The notes under the pieces were generated by a model. It saw only the letters and a list, made by a program, of their open reading frames with translations. It was not told the DNA's origin and searched no databases. Below, piece by piece: positions 28,512 to 37,350 of a DNA stretch of 64,000 nt (position 1 is its first letter; each line of letters opens with the position of its first letter). The position numbers and the translations under genes were made by a program. Source of the DNA: an uncultured Gemmatimonadales bacterium (GTDB lineage: Bacteria > Gemmatimonadota > Gemmatimonadetes > Gemmatimonadales > Gemmatimonadaceae); contig CAWKNZ010000002.1 in assembly GCA_963851265.1 (NCBI GenBank), forward strand, positions 160,001 to 224,000, written 5' to 3'.

Positions 28512-29630
28512 ATGCGCCCTTCTTCTGCGTTGCGCGCCCGAGCCGCCGTCGCCGCGGCCGCGGCGTGCGCGTCGGCCGCCTGCGCCCGCAACACCCCCGC
28601 CGTCCGCCCCGCGCCGTCGGCGACGGCGTCGGGGGCGTGTTCGTTCACCAACCCCGTGATGCGCGGCGCCGACCCGTCGATCCTGCGCGCGGGCGGGTCG
28701 TACTACCTCGTGCAGTCGCGCGACACGGCGATCGTCGTGTACCAGGCCGCGCGGCTCGAAGACCTCGGCCGCGCGCGTCCGGTGCGCGTGTGGACGCCGC
28801 CCGACACCGGCTGGAACCACACGAACATCTGGGCGCCCGAACTCGTCCACCTCGACGGGCGGTGGTACATCTACTACGCCGCGGCGCACCGGCAGGGGCA
28901 GCCGTTCGTCGACCAGCGCACGGGCGTGCTGCGCAGCGTGGGCGACAGCCCGCTCGGCCCGTACGAGGACATGGGCCAGCTCTACACCGGCGACGGCCCC
29001 GCGCCGGCCGGGGGCCCGAGCCGGGCGCGGCCGAGCGTCTGGGCGATCGACATGACCGTGGGGCGCGTCAACGGGCAGCTCTACGCCGTCTGGTCGGGGT
29101 GGGAGCGACCCGCGGCGATCGACAAGACGCCGCAGCTGCTCTACATCGCGCCGATGTCGAGTCCGACGGCGGTCGCCGGACCGCGGCGCGTGCTGTCCGC
29201 GCCTAACGCGCCGTGGGAGCGCGGGCCCGAGCTCGACCTGCAGGAAGGCCCGGAGTTCCTCCAGCACGGCGCCGACACGTTTCTCGTCTACTCGACGCGC
29301 GACTCGTGGCTGCCGACCTACGAGCTGGGCATGCTGCGCTACAAGGGCGGCGGGGCCGACCCGACCGACTCGGCGAGCTGGACGAAGAGCGCCGGGCCCG
29401 TGTTCGCGTCCGGCAACGGCGTGATCGGGACGGGGCACAACACGTTCACGCTATCGCCGGACGGGCGCCAGGACTGGCTCGTGTACCACGCCAAGGCCGG
29501 GAACGAGCCGGGGTGGCGGCGCGACGTCCACATGCAGCCGTTCGGGTGGCGGGCGGACGGGGCGCCGGACTTCGGGACGCCGGTGCCTAACGGAACGCCG
29601 GTCGCCGCGCCGTCGGGCGAGTGCGGGTGA
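28512..29630 (+). CDS. GH43 alpha-L-arabinofuranosidase-like lipoprotein
   Basis: NP....ADP, IWAPEL..LDGRWYIYY, WAID, QEGP, GHN.F..SPDG..DWLVYHA; lipobox-like ASAAC. Confidence 0.9.
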   Translation: MRPSSALRARAAVAAAAACASAACARNTPAVRPAPSATASGACSFTNPVMRGADPSILRAGGSYYLVQSRDTAIVVYQAARLEDLGRARPVRVWTPPDTGWNHTNIWAPELVHLDGRWYIYYAAAHRQGQPFVDQRTGVLRSVGDSPLGPYEDMGQLYTGDGPAPAGGPSRARPSVWAIDMTVGRVNGQLYAVWSGWERPAAIDKTPQLLYIAPMSSPTAVAGPRRVLSAPNAPWERGPELDLQEGPEFLQHGADTFLVYSTRDSWLPTYELGMLRYKGGGADPTDSASWTKSAGPVFASGNGVIGTGHNTFTLSPDGRQDWLVYHAKAGNEPGWRRDVHMQPFGWRADGAPDFGTPVPNGTPVAAPSGECG

Positions 29631-29652
29631 AGCGCGCGGATCGGCCGCCGCG

Positions 29653-29811
29653 TCAGAACAGCGTGTAGATGAACGGCGCGAGCGCCGACCCCTGCGCGAA
29701 CGCGATCACGAGCCCCACGGCGAGGAGCACGAGCACGAGCGGCAGCAGCCAGAGCTTCTTCCGCGCGCGCATGAACGCCCAGAGTTCGGCGGGCAGGGAC
29801 GGTTGCGGCAC
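29653..29811 (-). CDS. DUF5989/SxtK-like 52-aa single-TM peptide ending FIYTLF (not in ORF track)
   Basis: GTG..TGA reads VPQPSLPAELWAFMRARKKLWLLPLVLVLLAVGLVIAFAQGSALAPFIYTLF; W.FM..RKK.WL.P and APFIYTLF are DUF5989 hallmarks. Confidence 0.9.
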   Translation of the reverse strand: MPQPSLPAELWAFMRARKKLWLLPLVLVLLAVGLVIAFAQGSALAPFIYTLF

Positions 29812-29915
29812 GCGCGGAATCGACCAGGGCGGGGGTGAGCACCGGGCGAACGGCCTCCGCCGTTCGCCCCCGCAAGGCTAACGCGGGACGGGTCGGCCGG
29901 CCATCGGCGCCGGGT

Positions 29916-30323
29916 TCAGAACTGCCGCCGGAGGTCGCTCTGCCGCGCTCCCGGCGGCCGCTCCACCCAGAACGACGCGGCACCGCGCGGCCGCCCGAGC
30001 GAGCGCCGCCCGGCGATGCGCATGACGAGGCCGAACGGGGTGAACACGCCGAAGTAGATCACGCCGAGGAAGATGGGCGTGGTCACGCGCGAGACGGCGT
30101 GCGCGAGCCCCATCCAGGCGACGTATACGGGGCCGAGGCGTGCCGGCACGGCGAGACCGGCGACCAGAAGCGCGCCGCCGAGCACGCCGAACGCGGCCGC
30201 GGCCGTCGCGCGCCCGCGCCACGCGCCGGCGGCGCCCAACACGACGAACGCGCCGCCGACGGCGAGCGCGAACCGGCGCAGCTCGCGCGTCGTCGGCGCG
30301 GGGGCGTCGGCGGGTCCGGTCAC
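29916..30323 (-). CDS. SxtJ-family membrane protein
   Basis: LRRF, P..L.P....WM, IYF..FTP.G...R..G, terminal RQF; follows the carbamoyltransferase. Confidence 0.85.
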   Translation of the reverse strand: MTGPADAPAPTTRELRRFALAVGGAFVVLGAAGAWRGRATAAAAFGVLGGALLVAGLAVPARLGPVYVAWMGLAHAVSRVTTPIFLGVIYFGVFTPFGLVMRIAGRRSLGRPRGAASFWVERPPGARQSDLRRQF

Positions 30324-30332
30324 GGCTCCACG

Positions 30333-32162
30333 TCAGTCGAGCGCGAGCGCGGCGGGCGCAGCGTGCGCCGCGTCGCTCGCGGCGTCGTGCGCCGCCCAGC
30401 CCGGCTGCGCGGCACGTTCCAGCACGTAAGGCCCGAGCACGAGCACATCCATGCGCGTGTCGCGGAAGCAGCGGATCGCGTCGGCGGGCGTGCAGACGAT
30501 CGGCTCGCCGCGCACGTTGAAGCTCGTGTTCACCAGGACGGGGCACCCGGTGCGCGCCTCGAACGCGGTGAGCAGCGCGTGGAAGGCCGGGTCGACGTCG
30601 GCGCGCACCGTCTGGACGCGCGCCGAGCCGTCGACGTGGGTGACCGCGGGCACGGCACCGCGGTGCGCGTCGCGCACGGGAGCGACGACGAGCATGTACG
30701 GCGCGTCGCGGTCGACCGCGAACCACTCGGCCGCGCGCTCGGCGCGCACGCTCGGCGCGAACGGGCGGAAGCTCTCGCGGAACTTGATGGCGCGGTTGAG
30801 GCGCGACTGCATCTCGGGGCGGCGCGGGTCGGCGAGGATGGAGCGGGCGCCCAACGCGCGCGGCCCGAACTCCATCCGCCCCTGGAACCACCCTACGACG
30901 GCGCCGTCCGCCAGCCGGTCGGCGACGCGCGCCGCGAGCGCCTCCGCGGGCACGCGCGCGTGCGCGACGCCCGCCGCGTGAAGGGCGGCCTCGATCGCGG
31001 CGTCGTCGAACGCGGGGCCGAGACGGGCGCCGCGCATGGCGTCCGTCGGTGCCCCGTCGGCGGCGCGCGCGACGCGGCGCGCGCCGCCGAGCGCGCGGTG
31101 CCACGCGAGTGCGGCGGCACCGAGCGCGCCGCCCGCGTCGCCCGCCGCGGGCTGGATCCACACGTCGCGGAACGGGCCTTCGCGCAGCACGCGCCCGTTG
31201 GCGACCGCGTTGAGCGCCACCCCGCCCGCCATGCACAACCGGTCGAGCCCCGTGAGCCGGTGCGCGGTGCGCGCCATGCGCAGCACGACCTCCTCGCACG
31301 CGTGCTGCACCGAGCGCGCGAGGTCGAAGTGACGCTGCTCGAGGGGCCCCTCGGGGGCGCGCGGCGGGCCGCCGAACAGGGCGTGGAACGCGCCGCTCGT
31401 CATCGTGAGCCCGCTCACGTACCCGAAGTAGCGCCGGTCGAGCGCGAACGAACCGTCGTCGCGCAGGCGCATCAGGCGCGACAGGATCAGGTCCGCGTAG
31501 CGCGGCTCGCCGTAGGGCGCGAGGCCCATGACCTTGTACTCGCCCGAGTTGACCCTGAACCCGAGGTAGGACGTAAACGCCGAGTAGAGGAGTCCTAACG
31601 AATCGGGGAAGTGCAGCTCCGCGAGCAGCTCCAGTTCTGCGCTCCGCCCCACGCCGATCGCCGCGGTCGCCCACTCGCCGACGCCGTCGACCGTGAGCAC
31701 CGCGGCCTCGTCGAACGGCGACGGGTAGAACGCGCTCGCCGCGTGCGACTCGTGGTGCTCGGCGTAGAGGAGCTCTCCGTCGTACGGGACGCCGGCGCCC
31801 GCGAGCGTGCCTAACGCGTGCCGCAACGCGCGGTCGGTGAAGAGCTTCTCCTTGACCCAGAGCGGCCCCGCCTTGAGGAACGAGCGGAATCCGCGCGGCG
31901 CGACCGCGAGGTAGGTCTCGAGCAGGCGGTCGAACTTGAGGAGCGGCTTGTCGTAGAACGCGACCGCCGCGAGGTCGGCGACCGCGACGCCGGCTTCGGC
32001 CAGGCAGTAGGCGGCGGCCCGCGCCGGGAATGCGGCGTCGCCCTTGATCCGTGTGAAGCGCTCCTCCTGCGCCGCGGCGACGATCTCACCGTCGCGGAGC
32101 AGGCACGCGGCCGAATCGTGGTAGTAGGCCGAGAGGCCGAGGACGCAGCGCGGGGCGTGCAC
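30333..32162 (-). CDS. O-carbamoyltransferase (NodU/CmcH/TobZ/SxtI family)
   Basis: LGLSAYYHDSAA, QEERF.R.K, EHHESHAASAF, DGVGE, GEYKVMGLAPYG, EFGPRALG.RS, KFRESFRPFAP, NTSFNVRGEP. Confidence 0.95.
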   Translation of the reverse strand: MHAPRCVLGLSAYYHDSAACLLRDGEIVAAAQEERFTRIKGDAAFPARAAAYCLAEAGVAVADLAAVAFYDKPLLKFDRLLETYLAVAPRGFRSFLKAGPLWVKEKLFTDRALRHALGTLAGAGVPYDGELLYAEHHESHAASAFYPSPFDEAAVLTVDGVGEWATAAIGVGRSAELELLAELHFPDSLGLLYSAFTSYLGFRVNSGEYKVMGLAPYGEPRYADLILSRLMRLRDDGSFALDRRYFGYVSGLTMTSGAFHALFGGPPRAPEGPLEQRHFDLARSVQHACEEVVLRMARTAHRLTGLDRLCMAGGVALNAVANGRVLREGPFRDVWIQPAAGDAGGALGAAALAWHRALGGARRVARAADGAPTDAMRGARLGPAFDDAAIEAALHAAGVAHARVPAEALAARVADRLADGAVVGWFQGRMEFGPRALGARSILADPRRPEMQSRLNRAIKFRESFRPFAPSVRAERAAEWFAVDRDAPYMLVVAPVRDAHRGAVPAVTHVDGSARVQTVRADVDPAFHALLTAFEARTGCPVLVNTSFNVRGEPIVCTPADAIRCFRDTRMDVLVLGPYVLERAAQPGWAAHDAASDAAHAAPAALALD

Positions 32163-32179
32163 GCCGGTGTCGGCCCGCG

Positions 32180-34240
32180 TCAGGCCGGGGGGACGCGCTG
32201 GGCGAGGTCGGCCGCGCGCGGGTCGCCGGGGGCGGCGCGCCGGAGTGCGCCGAGCGCCGCGCGCGCCTTGTCGTACTGCTCCAGCAGCGTGTACGCGACG
32301 GCGAGGTTGTAGAGCCGCGTCGCGTCCGCCGTCGCACTCGTGATGCCGGGCGCCCGCCCCGATTCGAGGATCGGGAGCGCGCGGGCGGCGGTGACGGTGA
32401 GCGCGGCCTTCCGATCGTCCGGCGCAAGCTGCGCGGCGCGCGCGAGGGCCGCGAGCGCGGCGGTCCGGTCGCCGGCCTGGAGCGCGAGCAGCCCCGCGAG
32501 CCGGAACCCTTCGGGGGTCTCGCGCCGCGCGTTCGCGCGCTGCGCGTACGCGAGCGCCTCGGTGGGGCGGTGCGCGGCCGCCGCCAGTTGCGCGGCGTCG
32601 AGCCACGGCTGTGGCGAGTACCGGAACTCCTGCGCCATCACGCGCGACACGGCGAGGGCGCGCGTCGTGTCGCCGGCGCGCGCGTATTGCAGGCGCAGCG
32701 CGTCCGTGGCCGGCGCCCACTGCGTCTGGCCCAACACGAGCGCGCGCGCGAGCGCCTCGACCTGCGTGCGCGGCCGGAGCGTGTCGACGGCCGGGATCAC
32801 GACCGCGCCGCGCGGCTGGAAGGGCCAGCCCGACACCAGGCGGTCGGTGCGGAGTGCGCCCACGGCCGAATCGACCGCCGTCACCGGGACGTCGGCGACG
32901 GCCGGCGCGGCCGCCGGCGCACTCGCGGGCAGGCCGCGGGCGCGCAGCGCGTCGTAGAACGCGCGGGCGATGGTCGCGTAGCCGTCGACGTTCGGGTGCA
33001 GGTGTTCGAGGATGAGCGAGTGCCCGGGGATGCCGCCCGGCGAGGCGCGTTCGACGGCGGCCTGCGATTCGACGACCGTGGCGCCGTGCGCGGCGGCCTG
33101 CTCGCGGATCACCGCGTTCAGGGCTTCGGGCGCGCGGAAGCGCAGCTCATCGTCCTCCTTGGCGGCGCGGTACTCCGGGCGTGCGCCCGTCGTGTCGCCT
33201 CGCGCCTCGAGCAGCCGGGCGAGCGCGTAGTGGGCGTCGGCGCGGCCTGCGTCGATGGCGAGCGACGCGCGGACCGCGCGCTCCGACGCCGCCGTGTCGC
33301 CCCGGCGGAGCGCGGCTACGGCGGCGTCGGCGCTGCGCTGCCAGGCCGCCGTGTCGCTGCCGGGGGTGAACCCGCTGACGAACGGCGGCTGGTCGCGTTC
33401 GTTGCTGACGAGCGTGCCGACGAACACCGGGACCCCCGCGGCCTGGTACTTCGCGAGGAGCGCGCCGAGGTTGGCGCGGAACTGCGCGACCCCCGCCGCG
33501 TACCGGGCGGAGCCTAACGCGACGTGCTGGTCGCCCGCCATCAGCGCCATCACCGACCGCGGCGCGTCGGCGGGGCCGCCGGTCGGCCCGTCCGGCGGCC
33601 CGCCCGCCCCGCGCACGCCGCCGAGCGCGTTCTCCACGAGCTGCACGAGCCGCAGGTGGCGCAGGGCGAGGTACGCGCGCACGAGCGCGGGCGAGCGGCC
33701 GAGCGGTCCGGCCGCGCCGGCGCCGAACACGCCGTAGTACTCGTTGTGCCCCGTGTAGATGAGCACCGCGTCGGGGTGCTCGGCGAGGATGGCGTCGGCC
33801 TGGTCGAGCAGGACGTAGGAGCTGACGGCCGTGAAGGCGGTGTTCACCACCTCGACGCCGCGGCCCGGGACGTCGCGCTGCAGCCACGCCTCGAGGATGC
33901 GCGACGGCGCCGCGCCGTGGAGGTAGGGGAACCCTTCCGCGGAGCTCTCTCCCTGGAAGAAGACGCGGAAGGTCCCGGCCGGCTTCGCGGCGCGGAAGAA
34001 GTCGGTGTGGGGCGTGGGGACGAAGGCGCCGCGGAAGTACCGCCGGGCCGCGTCGGGGTTGCTGAAGCGGTAGTCCGGTTGCGGCCCGTACGCGCTGAAG
34101 AGCGGGTAGTCGCCGCCGTACCCGCCGGCGCGCAGCCCGAGCTCGAGCAGCGCCAGGAGCAGCCACGGGAGGGCGAGCGTGAGGACGACGAGGAGCGCGC
34201 GCTGGCGGGGGCTCGGCAGGGCGGCGACGGCCGCGGACAT
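32180..34240 (-). CDS. Membrane-anchored SGNH/GDSL-like protein with TPR repeats
   Basis: N-terminal TM (LELGLR..GYG); SGNH blocks GES (FFQGESSAEG), GHNE, EHLHPN; TPR-like helices internally and at the C-terminus. Confidence 0.8.
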   Translation of the reverse strand: MSAAVAALPSPRQRALLVVLTLALPWLLLALLELGLRAGGYGGDYPLFSAYGPQPDYRFSNPDAARRYFRGAFVPTPHTDFFRAAKPAGTFRVFFQGESSAEGFPYLHGAAPSRILEAWLQRDVPGRGVEVVNTAFTAVSSYVLLDQADAILAEHPDAVLIYTGHNEYYGVFGAGAAGPLGRSPALVRAYLALRHLRLVQLVENALGGVRGAGGPPDGPTGGPADAPRSVMALMAGDQHVALGSARYAAGVAQFRANLGALLAKYQAAGVPVFVGTLVSNERDQPPFVSGFTPGSDTAAWQRSADAAVAALRRGDTAASERAVRASLAIDAGRADAHYALARLLEARGDTTGARPEYRAAKEDDELRFRAPEALNAVIREQAAAHGATVVESQAAVERASPGGIPGHSLILEHLHPNVDGYATIARAFYDALRARGLPASAPAAAPAVADVPVTAVDSAVGALRTDRLVSGWPFQPRGAVVIPAVDTLRPRTQVEALARALVLGQTQWAPATDALRLQYARAGDTTRALAVSRVMAQEFRYSPQPWLDAAQLAAAAHRPTEALAYAQRANARRETPEGFRLAGLLALQAGDRTAALAALARAAQLAPDDRKAALTVTAARALPILESGRAPGITSATADATRLYNLAVAYTLLEQYDKARAALGALRRAAPGDPRAADLAQRVPPA

Positions 34241-34443
34241 CGACGAACGGGAGCGGCGTAGCGGAGGGGCGGGACGCCGCGGGCACGCGCCCGCGGGGGA
34301 GCCGCAAGCTAACGCCGCCCCGGGCGTGACGGTCGTCGTGTCGGCGTGTTGATTGGCTGCGGACGGCAGTTCCCGGTTCGGCCACCCCGTGCCGAGCGGG
34401 TGCGGCCGCGCACACCCTCTCGCGCGCACACCATCTCGGGCGA

Positions 34444-37350
34444 ATGCCGAATCGAGCCACGCGCCTCCGCGCCACGCGCGCACGGGCCCTGTCCGCGGCC
34501 TCCGCGCTCCTCGCGACCCTCGCCGGCGCGGCGGCGCCGTCCGCGGCGCGCGCACAGCAGCCGGCCGCCGCGCCCCGCGCCGACACGGTCCCCCTCCCCG
34601 AGCACCCGCGCCCCGACTTCATGCGCGCGGAGTGGGTGAACCTGAACGGCCGCTGGCAGTTCGCGTTCGACCGGGCCGACGCGGGGGTGCGCGACGGCTG
34701 GTACCGGCCTAACGGACCCATGCCCGCGGCGCACCGCGTGCTCGTGCCGTTCTCGTGGGCCGCGCCCGCGTCGGGGGTCGGGGCCGACAGCGCGGACGTG
34801 GGCTGGTACGCGCGGAGCGTGACCGTGCCGGCCGCGTGGCGCGGGCGGCGCGTGTTCCTCGTCGTCGGCGCGTCGGACTGGCGCACGTCGGCGTGGCTCG
34901 ACGGCGAATCGCTCGGCACGCACGAGGGCGGCTACACGCCGTTCTCGATGGAGCTGACGCGCCACGCGCGCGCCGGCGACGCGCAGCGCCTCGTGCTGCG
35001 GGTGGACGACGCGCCGCGCCCCTTCCGGCTCGACGGCAAGCAGGGCTACGGCAACGTGCGCGGGCCGTGGCAGACCGTGTACCTCGAGGCGCGCGGCGAC
35101 GCGCCGCTCGAGTGGGTGCACTTCACCCCCGACGTGGCGAACGGCCGCGTGGCGGTCGAGGCGAAGCTGCTGGAGCCCGCGCCGCGCGCGCTCACCTTCT
35201 CGCTGGCCTTCCGCGACACGAGCGTGCGCGCCGTGTCGCGCCCCGTCGCGCGCGGCGCGACCACGGTGCGCTTCGAGGTCCCGGTCCCCCGCGCGCGGCT
35301 CTGGCGGCCCGAGGACCCGTACCTGTACGAAGCGACGGCCACGTTAGGCGCGCCCGGGGTGGCCGCGGACCGCGTCGAGACGTATTTCGGGATGCGCACC
35401 GTCTCGGTGGTGGACCTGCCGGGGACCAACATCCCCTACGTCGCGCTCAACGGGAAGCCGCTGTACCTGGAACTCGCGCTCGACCAGGCGTACCACCCGA
35501 CCGGGTACTACACCTTCCCCACCGACAGCGTGCTGCGCGACGAGATCCTGCGCGCGCGGCAGATCGGGCTCACGGGGCTGCGCGAGCACATCAAGATCGA
35601 GGCGCCCCGCAAGCTCTACTGGGCCGACCGGCTGGGCGTGCTCATCATGGCCGACGTGCCCAACTGGTGGGGCCCGCCCGACTCGGCCGCCTTCCGCGGG
35701 CACGAGGCGGCGATGCGCGGGATGATCGCCCGCGACTACAACCACCCGAGCGTGTTCGCGTGGATCCCGTTCAACGAGTCGTGGGGGCTCACCACGCAGG
35801 TCGCGGGGAAGGGCGTGTACCTCCCCGAGACGCAGGCCAAGGTGTCGAGCGTGCAGCAGCTCGCGAAGCGCCTCGACCCGACCCGCCTCGTCGAGGACCA
35901 GTCGCCGTGCTGCGGCCGCTGGCACACGACCACCGACCTCAACTCGTGGCACGAGTACCTGCCCGGCTGGAAGTGGGCGTCGTACATGGACCGGGTGAGC
36001 GACAGCACGTTTCGGGGCTCGCCGTGGCACTTCCTCGGCGGCAGGCGACAGGCCGGGCAGCCGATGATGAACTCGGAATTCGGCAACGTCTGGGGCTACG
36101 AGGGGAGTACGGGCGACGTCGACTGGAGCTGGGACTACCACCGCGCGATCGACGCGTTCCGGCGGCACCCGAAGCTCGCGGGGTGGCTCTACACCGAGCA
36201 CTCGGACGTGATCAACGAGTGGAACGGGTACTGGCGTTTCGACCGCTCGCCGAAGGAGACGGGGGTCGGCGACCTCGTGCCGGGGATGACGCTCGCCGAC
36301 TTCCACGCGCCGCTCTACGTGGCGGTGGGCGACTCGGAGCTGGCGCGCACCGCGCGCGCGGGGGAGCGCGTCTCGGTGCCGCTCTACGCCTCGTTCCTGT
36401 CCGGCACCGCGGCGTACGGCGACTCGCTCGTGCTGCGCACCGAGCTGTGGGGGTGGAACGCGTTGGGCGAGCGCAAGGTGTGGGCGACGTCCGCGCGGCG
36501 CGTGCCCTACCGCCCGTGGATGAGCGCCCCGCTCGCGCCGCTCGAGGTGACGATGCCGGACGAGCCCGCGGTGGCGGTGCTCGCCACGCGGCTGGAGGAC
36601 GCGAGCGGCACGGTGCTGCACCACAACTTCGCGACCTACGTGGTCGAGGGGGCGGCCCCGTCGTCCGCGACGCTCGCCGACGGGCGCCGCGTGCGCGTGG
36701 CGAGCGTGCCGGCCGCGCAACTCGCCGGCGGGCGGTGGTCGCAGAAGCAGTGGCCGGTGATGGGCGGGCTCAAGATGGACGGCGCGGGGAGCGGCTACTT
36801 CGAGTACCGCATCCCGTGGCCCGCCGGGCTCGCGGCGGCGGATGTGGCCGGGGCGACGTTCCTCGTCGAGGCGTCGAGCAAGCGGCTGTTGGGCAAGGAC
36901 CGCGACAGCACGGTGCGCGGCGACGGCGACTACATGCGCGGCGGCGGGCTGCAGGACCCGGGCAAGAACCCCAACGCCTACCCGATGACGGGCACCGCGA
37001 AGTGGCCGAGCGCGGTGACGGTGCGCGCGAACGGGGTGGACGCGGGGCGGGTGGAGCTCGCGGACGACCCGGCCGACAGCCGCGGGGTGCTCAGCTGGCA
37101 CGCGCAGCTGCACGACGGGCACCTGCACGAGGCCGGGTCGTACGGGCAGCTCGTGCGCGTGGCGCTGCCGCCCGAGGCGGTGGCGCGGGCGGCCCGGGAG
37201 GGCGCGGTGACCGTGCGGCTGGAGGTGGACGAGGCGCTGCCGGGCGGGCTGGCGATCTACGGCCGGCAGTTCGGTCGGTACCCGGTGGACCCGACGGTGC
37301 TCTTCGTGTTGCGCGACGGCGCGGCGGCGCGGACGGCCGGCGCACGATGA
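34444..37350 (+). CDS. GH2-family glycoside hydrolase, secreted
   Basis: EHPRPDF.R..W.NLNG.WQF, HEGGYTPF, LDQ.Y, REHIKIE, RDYNHPS...W..FNESWG; signal peptide. Confidence 0.88.
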   Translation: MPNRATRLRATRARALSAASALLATLAGAAAPSAARAQQPAAAPRADTVPLPEHPRPDFMRAEWVNLNGRWQFAFDRADAGVRDGWYRPNGPMPAAHRVLVPFSWAAPASGVGADSADVGWYARSVTVPAAWRGRRVFLVVGASDWRTSAWLDGESLGTHEGGYTPFSMELTRHARAGDAQRLVLRVDDAPRPFRLDGKQGYGNVRGPWQTVYLEARGDAPLEWVHFTPDVANGRVAVEAKLLEPAPRALTFSLAFRDTSVRAVSRPVARGATTVRFEVPVPRARLWRPEDPYLYEATATLGAPGVAADRVETYFGMRTVSVVDLPGTNIPYVALNGKPLYLELALDQAYHPTGYYTFPTDSVLRDEILRARQIGLTGLREHIKIEAPRKLYWADRLGVLIMADVPNWWGPPDSAAFRGHEAAMRGMIARDYNHPSVFAWIPFNESWGLTTQVAGKGVYLPETQAKVSSVQQLAKRLDPTRLVEDQSPCCGRWHTTTDLNSWHEYLPGWKWASYMDRVSDSTFRGSPWHFLGGRRQAGQPMMNSEFGNVWGYEGSTGDVDWSWDYHRAIDAFRRHPKLAGWLYTEHSDVINEWNGYWRFDRSPKETGVGDLVPGMTLADFHAPLYVAVGDSELARTARAGERVSVPLYASFLSGTAAYGDSLVLRTELWGWNALGERKVWATSARRVPYRPWMSAPLAPLEVTMPDEPAVAVLATRLEDASGTVLHHNFATYVVEGAAPSSATLADGRRVRVASVPAAQLAGGRWSQKQWPVMGGLKMDGAGSGYFEYRIPWPAGLAAADVAGATFLVEASSKRLLGKDRDSTVRGDGDYMRGGGLQDPGKNPNAYPMTGTAKWPSAVTVRANGVDAGRVELADDPADSRGVLSWHAQLHDGHLHEAGSYGQLVRVALPPEAVARAAREGAVTVRLEVDEALPGGLAIYGRQFGRYPVDPTVLFVLRDGAAARTAGAR

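Noticed and set aside
29653..32162. Saxitoxin biosynthesis
   Set aside because: Only sxtI/J/K-like genes are present; no sxtA, sxtG or other core genes. Such homologues occur outside toxin clusters.
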